Of a stretch of 64,000 nucleotides of DNA, positions 23,230 through 35,340 are shown piece by piece; positions within the stretch are counted from its first letter, which is position 1; each line of letters opens with the position of its first letter. The position numbers and the translations under genes are program-made. The notes below the pieces were generated by a model. That model did no database searches and was not told the DNA's origin. It was given only the letters and a program-made list of their open reading frames with translations. Source of the stretch: Lama glama (taxonomy: Eukaryota); NCBI GenBank assembly GCA_028534125.1, contig CM052817.1, forward strand, positions 2,296,001 to 2,360,000, in the 5' to 3' direction.

Positions 23230-25140
23230 AAACCAATGTCAGATGAGGTAGATTTCACAGGAAAGAATGTTCTCAGGGACGAAAAGAGGAATCATGATTA
23301 TGTATCATTTCATAATGATTTAGGGGTCAATTCAACGAGAAGATGTAAAAATCCTAAATACATATGTACCTAATAACAAAAGTTAAAAAAATAAAACCAA
23401 AGATAAATAAATGATAGAACTGAGTGGAGAAACAGAAAATACACAATGACCTGAGACTTCAACACCCTCTTCTAAATAATTGATAGAACAAGTGCACAGA
23501 AAATAAGCGAGGATGTAGAAGACCAACTTGACACAATTGACATCTATAGGCCCTCCGTGCAGCCACAGCAGAATTCACATTCTTTTCCAGTGTCAGAAAA
23601 CAATGTCAATGATGGACCCTACTCTGGGTCATTAAACAAGTATCAGTACTTCAGAATTATACAAAGTATGTTCTCAGACCACAATGGAATTAAATAAAAA
23701 ATCAATAGGAGAAAAATACCTGAAAAGAATCCCCAAATACTTGGAAACTAAATAGCACATTTCTTAATAAAGCATAGGTTGAAGAAAAAATTAAAAGGGG
23801 AAATTAGAAGGAAGATAAAAAGACACTATATCAAAAGTTTGGAAATGCTGCTAAAGCAGTGCTTAGAGAGAAATTCATATACTACATGCCCAGACAAGAA
23901 AAGAAGAAAGGTTTCCAGTCAATGATCTCAGATCTCACCTTAGGAAACAAGAAAAAGAAAATAAAATTAGGCTCAAATTGGGCAGGAAAGAATAAATAAT
24001 GAAGAGAGGAGCGGAAATCAATGAAACAGAAAACAGAGAACCAACAGAGAAAATCAGTGAAACCACAACTGGTTCTTTAAGAAGATCAATAAAGTTGACT
24101 AGCCGGCCAAGGAGGAGAAGAAGGCTCATCAGAGGAGACACACGTCGCCAATATCAGGAGTGAGACAGGCGAGTCGCTGCGGATGCACAGACACTGAAAG
24201 GATAATTGGGAAATTTTGTGAACAGCCTTACAGTACATTTGCCTCCTAGGTGAAACGGACAAATTCATCAAAAGATAAAACTACCAAAGCTCATTCAAGA
24301 AGAAACAGATAATCTGAATAGTCCTATTTCTCGCTCCCTCTTTTTTTTTTTTGGTAGTGGTGGTGGTGGGGAATTAGGTTCTTTATTTGTTTGTTTGTTT
24401 GTTTAAATAGAGGTATTGGGGATTGAACCCAAGGCCTCGTGCATACTAAGCATACGCTCTACCACTGAGCTATACCCTCCCCGCTAAATAGTCCTATTTC
24501 AATGAAAGAAAATGGAGTTGTAGTTAAACACCTTCCTGCAAAGGAAAGTGCAGGCTCAGATGATTTCACCAATGTTTGAATTGTACCAAACATTTCAATT
24601 AAAAATAATACCAATTCTACACAAACTCTTCTAGGAAATAAAGGAGAAGAGAGACCACTTTGCAATTAATCCTTTGAAACCAGGATTACCCTGATACTAA
24701 ATCAAAGACAGTACAGTATCAGATGGGTTAATATCTCCCATTAACACAGATGTAAGAATGTTCTAACAAAATTTTAGCAAGTTGAATCCAATAATATATA
24801 AATAGGATAGTACATCATGACCAAGTGGGTTTTATCCTAGGAACGTAAGGCTGGTTTAACATTCAAAAATCAGTGTAACTCACTACATTGATAGACTGTA
24901 GAAGAAAAACTACATGCTCATCTCAATAGGTACAGAGAAGGCATTTGACAAAACCCAACATCATTCCTAATTTAAAAAAAAATACTCTTAGTGAATTAGG
25001 AATTGGGGAATCCCCTCAACATGGCGAATGGCATTTGGGAGACTCTAAGCTAACATCGCACTTAGTGTGAAAGGCTGAGTGCTTTCCCCCCGAGCAGGGC
25101 TGGGTCGAGGATGAGCTCTCTCACTTTCAGTTTTAACAAA
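23230..25140 (+). mobile_element. Degraded LINE-1 ORF2 fragment (endonuclease through start of RT)
   Basis: A-rich 1.9-kb block with L1 ORF2 hallmarks (tcagatgaggtagatttc = SD.VDF, tatgtacctaataaca = Y.PNN, gacttcaacaccc = DFNT, tcagaccacaatggaat = SDHNG, catcatgaccaagtggg = HHDQVG, gagaaggcatttgacaaa = EKAFDK). It has many stops and frameshifts. Confidence 0.92.
24331..24486 (-). mobile_element. tRNA-Ala-derived camelid SINE (vic-1-like) nested in L1
   Basis: The reverse complement starts GGGGAGGGTATAGCTCAGTGGTAGAGCGTATGCTTAGTATGCACGAGGCCTTGGGTTCAATCCCC. A perfect 14-bp TSD, AATAGTCCTATTTC, lies at 24317-24330 and 24487-24500. Confidence 0.93.
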
Positions 25141-26264
25141 ATTGCTGCTGTGATTGCTGCAGCTCTCATTGCTGTTGTTCAAACCGAATCGCATGGCTGC
25201 GCCCTTGGGGTCCTCTCTCCTCTCGCCCGCCTTCTGCGACTGGCCCTGATAGACTTCTGGCTCCAGGCAGGCAACCTTCCTTGGCTCCCCAGGGCCCCTG
25301 ACTTGCCTTAGATGAACAGCATCTCACTCTGGGCTCTCTATTAAATTGGTCAATCATTTCTAGATATTTGAGAGTCCCTTCTTCAACTAAGTTTTTAAAA
25401 GGGAGCCCTGGGCAGGCAGGTGCCCAGTAATGGCTGACTCTGCAATCCACAGGGGCTCATGAACCTGTGGGCCAACTACTTCTGGCCTTGTGAGGCCATG
25501 GTCATGCCCCTGGGCTTTGAGATGCATGAGGACTTCTGACTGCAGTGTGGCAAGCCGGCTGGGCAGGGGCAGCGAAGGTGGGAGTGGGGGCAGGGGATAA
25601 CTGTGGACACCATTGGCCAGAGTGCCAAGGAAACTCTAGGCCGAGGGGTGCAAGAGTTCAGAAGTCCCTTCCATGGGAGGAGGTGAGTAGCACTGCACAG
25701 AACGGGCACAGTTTACACTGGCTGGAAGGGGGCTGTGATTCAGCAGGTGGGAGGGATGTTCTAAGAGGAAGGAAGTGTATAAATGGAACACATGGCCAAG
25801 CCCCACAGAGGGAACAGTGTGGCCAAGGCTGGCCCCTTCTGGGATGAAGGGGTGAGGGTTACTCACAAGGGTCATCCAACTATGAGGAAGAACAGCATCT
25901 TTTGCCCAAGAGCCACGTAGCATGGGGAGCCAGATGGCCACTGTTCATATTCCCATGTGGCTATTCTTGTTCAGACACTCACTACCGGGTCATATCTCCC
26001 ACTCAGTGATCTCAGGAGGGCAGACACAGCTTCCTGTGTCCAATGTAAGGTGGGTGGCGGTGACGTGTCCCTCTTTGGAGCAGAAGCTTGAATTTCTCTC
26101 TTTCCCTTGCCACACCCCACATGTGGCTGCCCATCAGCCTGGGAGCTGGGATGAAGGGGACAGATGTGCAGTTGGAACAAAATGTAGGCTTTCATTGCTA
26201 CAGGCCACCAGGAGTGGGTGGGACTGTTTGTCACTGCAGCGCGTCTCAGCCTGCGCTGCCTGAG

Positions 26265-26430
26265 ACACCCGGCTTCACAGTCACGTAAACAATCTTGCCC
26301 CAACTTTCCCAACAGTAAAATGGGGTCATGACAGACCCATCCCTGAGGGTAAATGTGAGGATGAACAGCTTCTGATACGTAAAGCACTTAGCGTGGTACC
26401 CAGCGTGAGGTAAATGCTGTTAGCAAGAAA
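26265..26430 (+). mobile_element. MIR SINE fragment
   Basis: gtaaaatggggtcatgac...tgtgaggatgaac...gtaaagcacttagc matches the MIR core and 3' part. Confidence 0.7.
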
Positions 26431-26514
26431 TAATAGCAAGAAAATTTGCTCTTTTTTGTCAAGAGCTCAGCCTCCATTTGGCTCACCTCAGTTCAGAGAC
26501 CCACCCATACAAAC

Positions 26515-26725
26515 ATTTTCCAAACTGCAACCCTCATACAACATTCTTCCTTAGGAGACTAACAGATGTGCTGTGAAAAATGTATCTGCGTTCAGAAATT
26601 TGGAAAATTCTGAGTTAAACCAAATTAAATAGTTGATTTTCATTGCCAGGCTTCTCAGAGCCTTTAATACGCTAATGCACCTTTGAATTTCCAAGAGACT
26701 GTTTCCCCGAAGGTGTGATCACGAG
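26515..26725. mobile_element. hAT-Charlie DNA transposon relic (Charlie4-like)
   Basis: tttggaaaattctgagttaaaccaaattaaa...cttctcagagcctttaatacgctaatg...atttccaagag matches the recalled Charlie4 consensus. Confidence 0.65.
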
Positions 26726-29700
26726 TGTGTGAATATGTGTACACATGTGTGCTTGTGCGCGTATGTTGTGTGCACATGCGTGCGTGTGCGTGTGTGCGTG
26801 CACGCACATGTCACGCTGTAACTTCGCCCAGGGCTGTGTTCTGTGGAACCAATGTGGAAAAGGCAGGCTTTCTAGCCATGCGGTGGAGGGATCCTTGGCC
26901 AGCTCAGGGGTCTCTGAAGATGACAGTCCTGGGGGAGGAACCAGCTGTTAGAGAAGTTTGGAAGGGGCTCACAGGACAGTGCTCACAGCTCTGGGCTGAG
27001 TGCACTTCGCAGGGAGCAAAGCCCGCGGGAGCAGGTGAGAGCTTGGCTGAGCCCTCCTCCTGTTCAGGGCCAGGCAGGGGCTGCAGCAACCCTGGAGGGC
27101 GGGAGGGGTCCTGAAAGCCATGCAGGGAGGGTGTGGGTGTCTGGGATCACCGAGGAGAAGTGCTCTCCAGGAACTCAGGGGCTGGAGGAGTGGGCGAGCC
27201 CGGGGCGCTGGGAGTAGGGGCTCAGCCTGACCCAGGAGCAGAGTGAGGGAGGGGGGACAAAGGTTGGGGGAGGAGGGAGGACGGGGATGTGTGAAGGAGC
27301 AGCAGGGAGCGGGCGGAGGAGAGGGTGTTTCAGGGTTGGGAGACCTGCGCCTCTGTATTTCCAGAAGGAGGGGGTGATTGAAGGTACCACGAGTGTAGAC
27401 TCCTTGGGGGTCACCTTGGGCACCGGGTTCATGTCTGGGAGACAGGATAGGGAAGGGGTTGGGGGCTTAGACCTGTCAGATGCTCGCTGGGCCAGGTGGC
27501 TGCAGGGGGCAGCACAGGGCTGGTTCCTGCCTCTGGGTGCTGGTCCAACTTCTGCTGCCCAGAGCCTGAGGCCGCCCAACTCACAAAGTCTGGCTTGTTC
27601 CCTTGCTTTTGGCAAGTGGCTGGGGCCATAGCTAATTGGATCTGTGAGTTTGGTGTGGCTGTTTACAGAAAGCTTTTAGTCCCCAGGACAGGATGGAAAT
27701 TGGATTTCAGGCTCCTGGCTTAAAGATGCTCCCTGATTCCTGACTCCCATTCTGCCTGTGTGTGGGGGGCTTGGGCAGCTGCCTCTGTGTGGGGCAGATT
27801 ATAAATGATGTGTCCATTTCATACCCAGCTCAGGTCAGATCAATGCCAGGGGCTCAAGTTGTCCAGCATCTCTTATCTCTGAGCAAATCCATTTTGCTTA
27901 TAGGAGCCACTGGGCTCCAGGCTGGCCCGAGTCTGGCAGTCATTGGAGAATTTCCTCCGATAAGAACACTAGGCTTGGGTTGCACGTGTGGGTCTGCAGG
28001 GCCCCGTAGGGGGCTCTGGGCTGAGCCACCAGAAGGGGCCCAAGCTGGTCTTGGCAAAGACACTTTAAATGTGCCAGCTGGAGTCTTGGAGACCTTCTCC
28101 AAATGAGACTCCTGGACTGTGATTGTGCGTTCGCTCCATTCTTTCTCATTTCAGCAGAGAACCGCCTCCTGCAGGAAGCCCTTGCTGAGTTTTCTCTCTT
28201 CCCTGACCTGTCACCATGGGGACGTTCACTGACTCAGATGCAGGCTGTCCAGGGCCACCGTTCTCTTCTCAGGTGGGAGAGGTCCCCAAGGGTCACTAGG
28301 ACCTTTTTCCCGGGTGGAGACCTCTCTGTCTCTCTGGAGACACCCCTTGAGCCTACAGAGGCAGAGAGGGGGTCTCCAGGGATGACAGGGGCTGGAACGG
28401 ATGTAGAAAGAGAGGGAAGGGGGTGAGCTGCCCCCCGCCACCTGCCTGGAGGGCCAGGCCTGGCCGCGCTCTCTCCAGCTCCCATGAGAAACTTCCAGCC
28501 ATGTACGCTCTATGACGCCGTTGGAAAGGGAGAAACGGAGGCCCAGGAGGGAGGAGATCTGGCCGAGGCTCTCGTGAATCAGCAGCAGCAGCAGCAGGAC
28601 ATGCTTCCTGCCCCAGGGGCCTCCCAGGGGCCTCCCAGACCCTTGGCTCTGCCCCCATCCACTGGGCGCCTTTGTGCAGAGGACCAGCTGCCAGTCAATG
28701 TGGCCCCATCTTCCAGGTACAAACACTGAGTGGACAGTGATGTGGCTCAGGGGACAGGGTCACAGCAAGGACCAGACCCCAAGGCCTGCAGGGGCTTGTC
28801 CCCGGGACACACTCAGATGTATGCATTCAGACACACGTGCCCAGTGCAGGGCACTGCATGCCATCTGGAATTATTCAAATATACAGTGATGCTATCAATA
28901 CGATTAGCTGTACTTTGTGAGCAGAGCTTCAAATAATCGAATCTGGGGGCAAGTCGCTTTGCCTTCCTGACTTCAGTCACCTCTGCCGGCCAAGCTTCAG
29001 AACAGCCCCCACAGGGCTCACAGCAGCAGCAGCATCTAAGAAAGGAAGCTGGAAGCCACGCAGGCCAGGGAAGCCAAAGGCCAGCCTTTGTGTGTCCTCA
29101 TCAAAGCCGCCATCTGCCGAGCACCTGCTGCTTGCCCAGGGCTGGCCGGGAGCCAGGCGTCCCCGGCCACTCTCGAGGGTCTCATGGGGTCACCAGGGAT
29201 GCACATTCTGGGCACCAGAAAATGTGCCTGTTTAATCACAGGCTCAGATTCAGCTGCGAGGCAAGAGGAGCTCAGATGAGACGTGAAGTCAGTGGGAATG
29301 GCCACCTCACACTCTGCCAACACTAGTGTCTCCCCCACCTTTGAAGTCAGCAAGATGGGGATCAATGGAGAGAACGGCTCATTCATTCACTCACTCATGC
29401 CACACTGCCCTGCTCTGTGCGGAGCCTGGCCCTCCGCGGGGGAGCCGGGGCAGTCCTTGCCCGCAGGAGTCCTGACCCCCTCTCCCCGCTCCAGCAAAGC
29501 GGCGTTGGAGAGGACGGGCTGCCACGCAGAGGCACCGAGGTGCCAGTACCCAAGGCCGCGGCGAAGCGCCTAAGACGACCGACCCAGAAAAATGGAACCT
29601 GAGTTGGCAAGAGGAGACCTCGTAGAAATGCACAGGCGAAGGTGAGAGAGGCTTTCCCACGCGTGCGCCCGTCCGACGGAAACACCGCCGCGCGCCAGAA

Positions 29701-31244
29701 ACGGACACGCCGCAGCCGGCTCCTTCAGCTACAGCGAAGAGCGCAGCCGGGGCCGTGAGGCCACAGGCAACTCCCTTCTCGCTTCCCCCGGGCCCTCCAT
29801 CCTCTCCCGCCAACAAGGCTCACGGTGGCAGCGGGGGCGGGGAGGTGTTTGCGCGGGGGCAGGAGGCGTCACTGCAGAGCTGCCTGAGTTGAGCTGCAGG
29901 CTCAGGAGGTGAGGCGGCCCTCGGGGGAGAAGTGCCCCTGGGTTGGGAGGACCCGTCCCACTGGGGCTGCGAGGGGGCCAGGTGTCCCGGCTGGTGGGGG
30001 CGGCAGAGACAGGAGAGGCAGGAATCAGTTCTCATAGGGAAAGACCAGGAATTTGGGGTGACCCTGGCAGCCAGAGAGGGGCGGGAAGGGGGCTGGGAGG
30101 AAGGGAAATGCCATAGAGCTGATTCTAGAGGGCAAGCTGACCCTCCAGGACAGCAAGAGAGGCCAGGGAGCAGCTGGAGGCCAGGGCCTGAGGAGGTGAG
30201 GCTCTCCCTGCTGCAACCCAGTGACCCCAAACCTTCAGCAAAGCCTTCCAGAGGCAGCCCAGGCAGGTGTGTCTGGGAGTCATGAGAGGAGTCTGTCTGC
30301 AGGGCGACGTGGGATGAGGATGGGGGGCCAGCAGCAGGGTGGAGGCAGTGAGCTGGGCGAGCAGGTGTGGGTGTCCCCCCTCACCCTCAGGATCCTCAGA
30401 AATCCGGTGCCCCAGCCAGACCACAGGGCCTCTGCCAGGAACCTGTGCCCGGTAACACCGCGGCAGGCGGCCCGGAGCTGCACTGGCCTTGAGGGGGACC
30501 TCCTTCCTGGAGAGGACCCTGTGGGGAGCAGAGGGGATGTGGTGAGGAGAGCCTCCCCCTGGAAAGGCTGCCTGGCCCAGGGCTCACTCACCATCAACGC
30601 TGCTCGCCTGTCCCTACCCGGCCTGCATCAGGCCCCGGGAGCCCTTGAGAATTAGCCTCCAGGAGATGAGCCAGTTAAAAAAAAATGATCAGGAATCGAA
30701 GATGCTTGCTGCCTGGAACTGTGCAGGGATGATGAATAATAAATGTCATTCTTTTTCTGGAGGTGACAGCTCAAAACTGTGATTTAGTAATTGCCCGCAT
30801 GTGCCTACGTTTAATCCTTCGGAAGGTCCTACAAGTGGCTCATGTCATCATGCTGGGTTTTCAGAGGGACAGAGAAGAATCGAGGACAGGGTGGGACGGG
30901 CCTGGGGGCCCCCTGAGGGGTCCTCAGATGGCTCAAGTGCCAAGTGTTGGGTCCCACACACAATCCTGTTCTCACTGCTCATCTTTTTCAGAGATGAGGA
31001 AACTGGGGCCCAGAGTAGTTGAGTCACCTGCCCAAAGACCCACAGCAAAAACAGCGACCCAAGATTCCATCCTCAGACTGTCTCACCCCAAAATCTGTGC
31101 TCAGCCTTTAAATTTAGTCCAAACAAGAGGAAGAGGCCCAGGACAACACTGCCTCCCTGCTGCCCCCTCAAATGGAGACCATACTCGGCCACCCCAGAGG
31201 CCGAGACTCCCAGCCCCCTGAGTTTCCAACTGGACAATGGAATG

Positions 31245-31418
31245 AACCAGATTCATCAGATGAAGATATAGGACACCCAGTCAAATTTCAATTTCAGATA
31301 AACAATGACTCAATCTTAAGTGTATCCCATGCAATATCAGGAAATACACTAAAAGTGTATTCGTCGCTTATCTGAAATTAAAACTTACCTGGGCGTCCCT
31401 TTTTGTCTGGTGACCCTG
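31245..31418. mobile_element. MER53 palindromic non-autonomous DNA transposon (MITE)
   Basis: Arms ggacacccagtcaaatttcaatttcagataaacaatga (from 31271) and tcgtcgcttatctgaaattaaaacttacctgggcgtcc (to 31398) are reverse-complementary. The element ends tctggtgaccct. Confidence 0.85.
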
Positions 31419-33664
31419 TTAGGAGTAAGGCTGGAGGGAGCACTGGTGAAGGGACCACTTTCGGGGGGGTGGGGAGTTCTCCAGGCAGCTGGGGGGCCGA
31501 GCGTGAGGCACGCTTCCTCCGTGTGGCTCTGTGACCCTCTGCTCCGGCCGGCTTCTCCCGCTGGTCCCACCCTGTCACTGGATGGTGACAGGGGTAGAGT
31601 GCCTGTCCCTCCCGGGGAGCCCGACGCCCGTCTGTGGGAACATCCTTGTTTTCACATCACCTCTTTCAGCCCAGGGCAACCCAGGGGGGACAGTTTTTAT
31701 TGTCACAGTTATTCTCACCCTCCGTTTTTGCAGAGGGGACACCAGAACTCAGACGTGGAGGGCATGGCTCAGTTGACATCCCACAGCAGGGAGGGGCACC
31801 TGGCTGCGCCCCCAGACGGGAGGCTCCAGGACAGGCACCCAGGCTGGGGGCGGGGCTGGCTGGCTGCGCGCTCCTGGAGCCAACTTGTTCCCTGCTGACG
31901 GGGGCGGGGTGGGGGTGGGGGTTTCCTGGGAGACACACCTGCCACTGCTTTGTGTTTCACAATGAAACAGGGGAGGTTACTGACTTCGAAGCCAGAGAAA
32001 CAAGTGGAAAACAGCAGCAAGGGATGCTTTCCAGCACTTAATTCTACAAAATAGACGTCCACAGGCAGTAATGGGGTAAGAGCGGCTCCCTCCTCGCGGC
32101 CCTCCACGGACTCTGGGTTCTCTGGAGCAGGGGAGGGCGGGACCCCGGCCCCGGGGAGGCAGCCAGCTTCCCTCCTCCTTTCTCCCCTGGAAAGCAGCAG
32201 CCTGGCTGTTCTGGAATCAAGTTCCACCTCCCCCTCGGTTTACATGTCTCTGGGGGAAAAGGAGAAACAGACAGTGGGCACCGACAGTGCACCCAGAGCC
32301 TGATGGACCCTGTAACCCCTGTAACAGAAGGCACCGCAGGTCTTCACCCCAAAGCCCTGACACCCCAGTCTCCTTTTTCTCCCTTTTCTTAATGATCCAT
32401 TAGGCGGCAGAACCTGTCCTATGCTGACGTGTGACAATCTGCTGTCTGCTTGGTCCACTCCGCGTGCCTCTCCGAGCTTTGCTGCAAGGCTGCGTGCATG
32501 TGTGTCTGGTTGTGAGGGTCCCCATCCCCCATGGTGAAACGTGCCCAGGGTGCACAGTGGCCTTTGTAAAGACTGAGCTCTGAAGCCCACCTGCCCAGGG
32601 CCTCTTGGACCTGGGTGTCGTCTCCACGCTGAGCCCAGACGGAAGGCACCCTGCTCCCAGAATCCTCCGAGCTGCGGCTCAGGCGGCCACCCGGCTGGAC
32701 GGTGCTGGACACTTGGGGACCGGCAAGTCTGGGCTGGTGGAACCATAGGCCTGCGGGTCAGCGACAACATGGGGTGGCAAGGGCTGATTCCTGAGGCTGG
32801 GGTGGGGGTCTCATCCCAGGCTTTAGCCAAGACTGGAAGGGGCAGCGGAGCAGGAAGACCTGGGTTCAGGTCAGGGCCAGCGAGGACTCCTCCCACAGTG
32901 GGGATGACCATAATTATGATAAAAACAAGAAGAACTGCTCCTGACTGAGGGCCACCCACCCTGGTGCCAGAGCTTCCTATGGCCCACCAGGCGGATGCTC
33001 ATGGGTCCCCCCAACCCCCAGCATCTTTGACCACATTGTGCACTCAGCTTCAGGCCCGCTGTCCCTCTCAGCCAGCCACCCTGTGCCCTGGTTGGAGGGT
33101 GGCCTTCAGGCTGTCAGAGCCTGCTTCACCTGTGTAGAGAGTGGGCAGTGTCTGGGAGGCCCTGCGAGCTCCCCCAGCCCGCCTGCCCGCCCACCCAGGC
33201 AGCAGACATCCGGGACAGAAGGGTACAGAATAAATCCTCAGGCTTCTTGGCCTGGGTGCCCCGGGTGGGAGCCCCGTGGGACAGTGCAGACCCCCAGCTA
33301 ACTCTGCAGTCCTAACAGTTTTATCTTTGCCTTTGTGTTTTGTGAGTGAAGTTCCCAGGACATAGAGCACACGTGTGGGGCCAGCTCACGGGGTCCTGCC
33401 TCCCGCCACCTTCAGACTGGCAGGGTTGGGTTCTGGCTGCCCGCCCTCTGCCCTGCCTGGTGGCCCCTCCCTGTCCCCCGGGCAGGACCCGGTGCTGGCG
33501 CAGAGGCTCCACATTGGTCATCCCAGTCACGGGGCAGGGGGGCTCTGGGGTCTGCATTCACCCCTCAGAAGCCCCTCGTCCCACTGATGACACTGAGCAG
33601 CAACTGGAAACTTCAAGACAGGCCAGGAGAGAGTTTCTGAGGAGACAGGTTTTTTCCCCTGCCT

Positions 33665-33990
33665 TTTTAAAAAATTGAGGTAACACTGATTTACAGTGCT
33701 CTGTAAGCTTCACGTGCACAACAGTATACTTCTACTTCCACGTACACAACAGCGGGCTCGCCACCAAGCATCCAGTTTCCATACGTCACCAGGCAGTTGG
33801 CCCCCTAACCCGTTTCGCCCTCCCACCCCCCTCGTCTGGTAGCCACTACTCTGTTCTCTGTATTTGCCTGTTTTTGTTTGGTTTGGTCTGATGGTTCATT
33901 CACTTTTTTACGTCCCACCTGTGAGTGAAATCACACGGTGTTTGCCTTTTTCCACCTGCCTTGCTTCGCTTAGCAGGCGTCCCTCGGGGC
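33665..33990 (-). mobile_element. L1 3' end fragment (L1MA/laurasiatherian type)
   Basis: aattgaggtaacactgatttaca...tctggtagccactactctgttctctgt...cccacctgtgagtgaaatcacacggtgtttgcc is a typical antisense L1 3' UTR. Confidence 0.8.
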
Positions 33991-34244
33991 CCCCATCTTC
34001 CTGCCTTTGGTCGGGCGCACCTTCACTTACGCTGGGCGGCGAAGCATGAGACCCCTTCCCTACATGCCTCCCGCGCCCTTCCCCTCGCCGGCTGGCTCTC
34101 TGGGTCTCCACTCGGACTCTGCCTCCTCCGGAGCCTCCCGGAACCTCTTCTGGTCTGGCCTCCACCTCGCCCCTTCTGGCTGACGTTCTCCTGGCCTCCG
34201 CGACGTGGCCTCCTGTGCCTCTCCCCCGAGAGGCACGCTCCCTG

Positions 34245-34618
34245 GGGCACCGGCTGAGCTGCGTCTCCCAAAATCCGTCTGTTGGCGCCCTGACCCCCAG
34301 CTCCTGGGAATGAGACTGTCCTTGCAGGCAGGGCCTTTCAAGAGGGAATTAAGCTACAATGGGGTAATTCAGGTGTCCCTAATCCGGTCTGACTAGTGTC
34401 CTTACGATGGGAGATCCGGACCCAGACACACACAGAGGAAGACCCTGCAACACCACAGGGAGAAGACGGCCGTCTTCCAGCCCAGGAGCGAGGCCTCGGG
34501 GGAGCAGCCCTGCCCTCACCCTGCTCTCAGACTTCCAGCCTCCAGGACGGGGAGGAAGGGCGTTTCTGCTGTTGGAGCTGCCGGTCTGGCGCTCTGTGGC
34601 AGCCCAGCTAGTGCCAGT
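34245..34618 (+). mobile_element. MaLR solo LTR (MLT1B-like)
   Basis: ccctaatccggtctgactagtgtcctta...gagaagacggccgtc...tcagacttccagcctccagga are MLT1 motifs. Confidence 0.82.
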
Positions 34619-34859
34619 GGCGGTTCAGTCTGGGGGCTTCAGGCCTGGGTGAAGACTCCTCTCGGGGGTCCCCCTCAGGGACTGTCATTGCAAAGCTGGC
34701 ATCAGCACATGCAGGCCATTCTCCCATCATGACATCCTCCTCCTTCAGTCCCAGCTGCCCTGGTACCCACTTGCCCAGTGGAATGAGGTGGCAGATTCTC
34801 TGAGGCTCCCAAGCTGGGCCATAAGAAGTCATGCGCCTCCCACTTGGCATCTTCAAGCA

Positions 34860-35045
34860 CTGGGCACTCAGGCCCCATCTGAGAGAAGCCCAAGCCACGT
34901 GGAGAGGCCATGTGGGGGCTCTGTAGTCAACAGCCTCAGCCGAGCCCTTCACCCCTGCCAGCATCAGCTGCCAGCCTCCTGCCTCACCAGCTGGGACGTC
35001 CAGCCCAGTCGAGCCTTCAGATGATGCAGCTCAGCCAGCATCCGC
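34860..35045 (+). mobile_element. MaLR LTR fragment (MLT1H-like)
   Basis: gaagcccaagccacgtggagaggccatgtgg...ccagcccagtcgagccttcagatga. Confidence 0.6.
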
Positions 35046-35189
35046 CTTTAGAAGTCTACAGGTAGCGGTCAGATCCCCAGAGTCCTTTCTCTTGGTGAAA
35101 CAACCCTGATTCTGGCATGCCTTCCTCCAAGGACTCACCTTCAGGTCCCCTTTCCAACCCGCTGAAGAACTCACCCTAATCTGTCAAGG

Positions 35190-35340
35190 GCCAGATTTCC
35201 CCCAAAGGGACCTACCACCAACTGCAACCCTGCAGAGAGTGTATGATCAACCCAGGGTGCAGCAGAACCATCACCTCCTTTATTCCAGACACTCTGCTCC
35301 TGTTATTATAACCGAAGATTAAATATTCTTCCCAACTAAC
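35190..35340 (-). mobile_element. L3/CR1 LINE relic
   Basis: accatcacctcctttattccagacactctgctcctgttattataaccgaagatt resembles the recalled L3 consensus. Confidence 0.5.
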
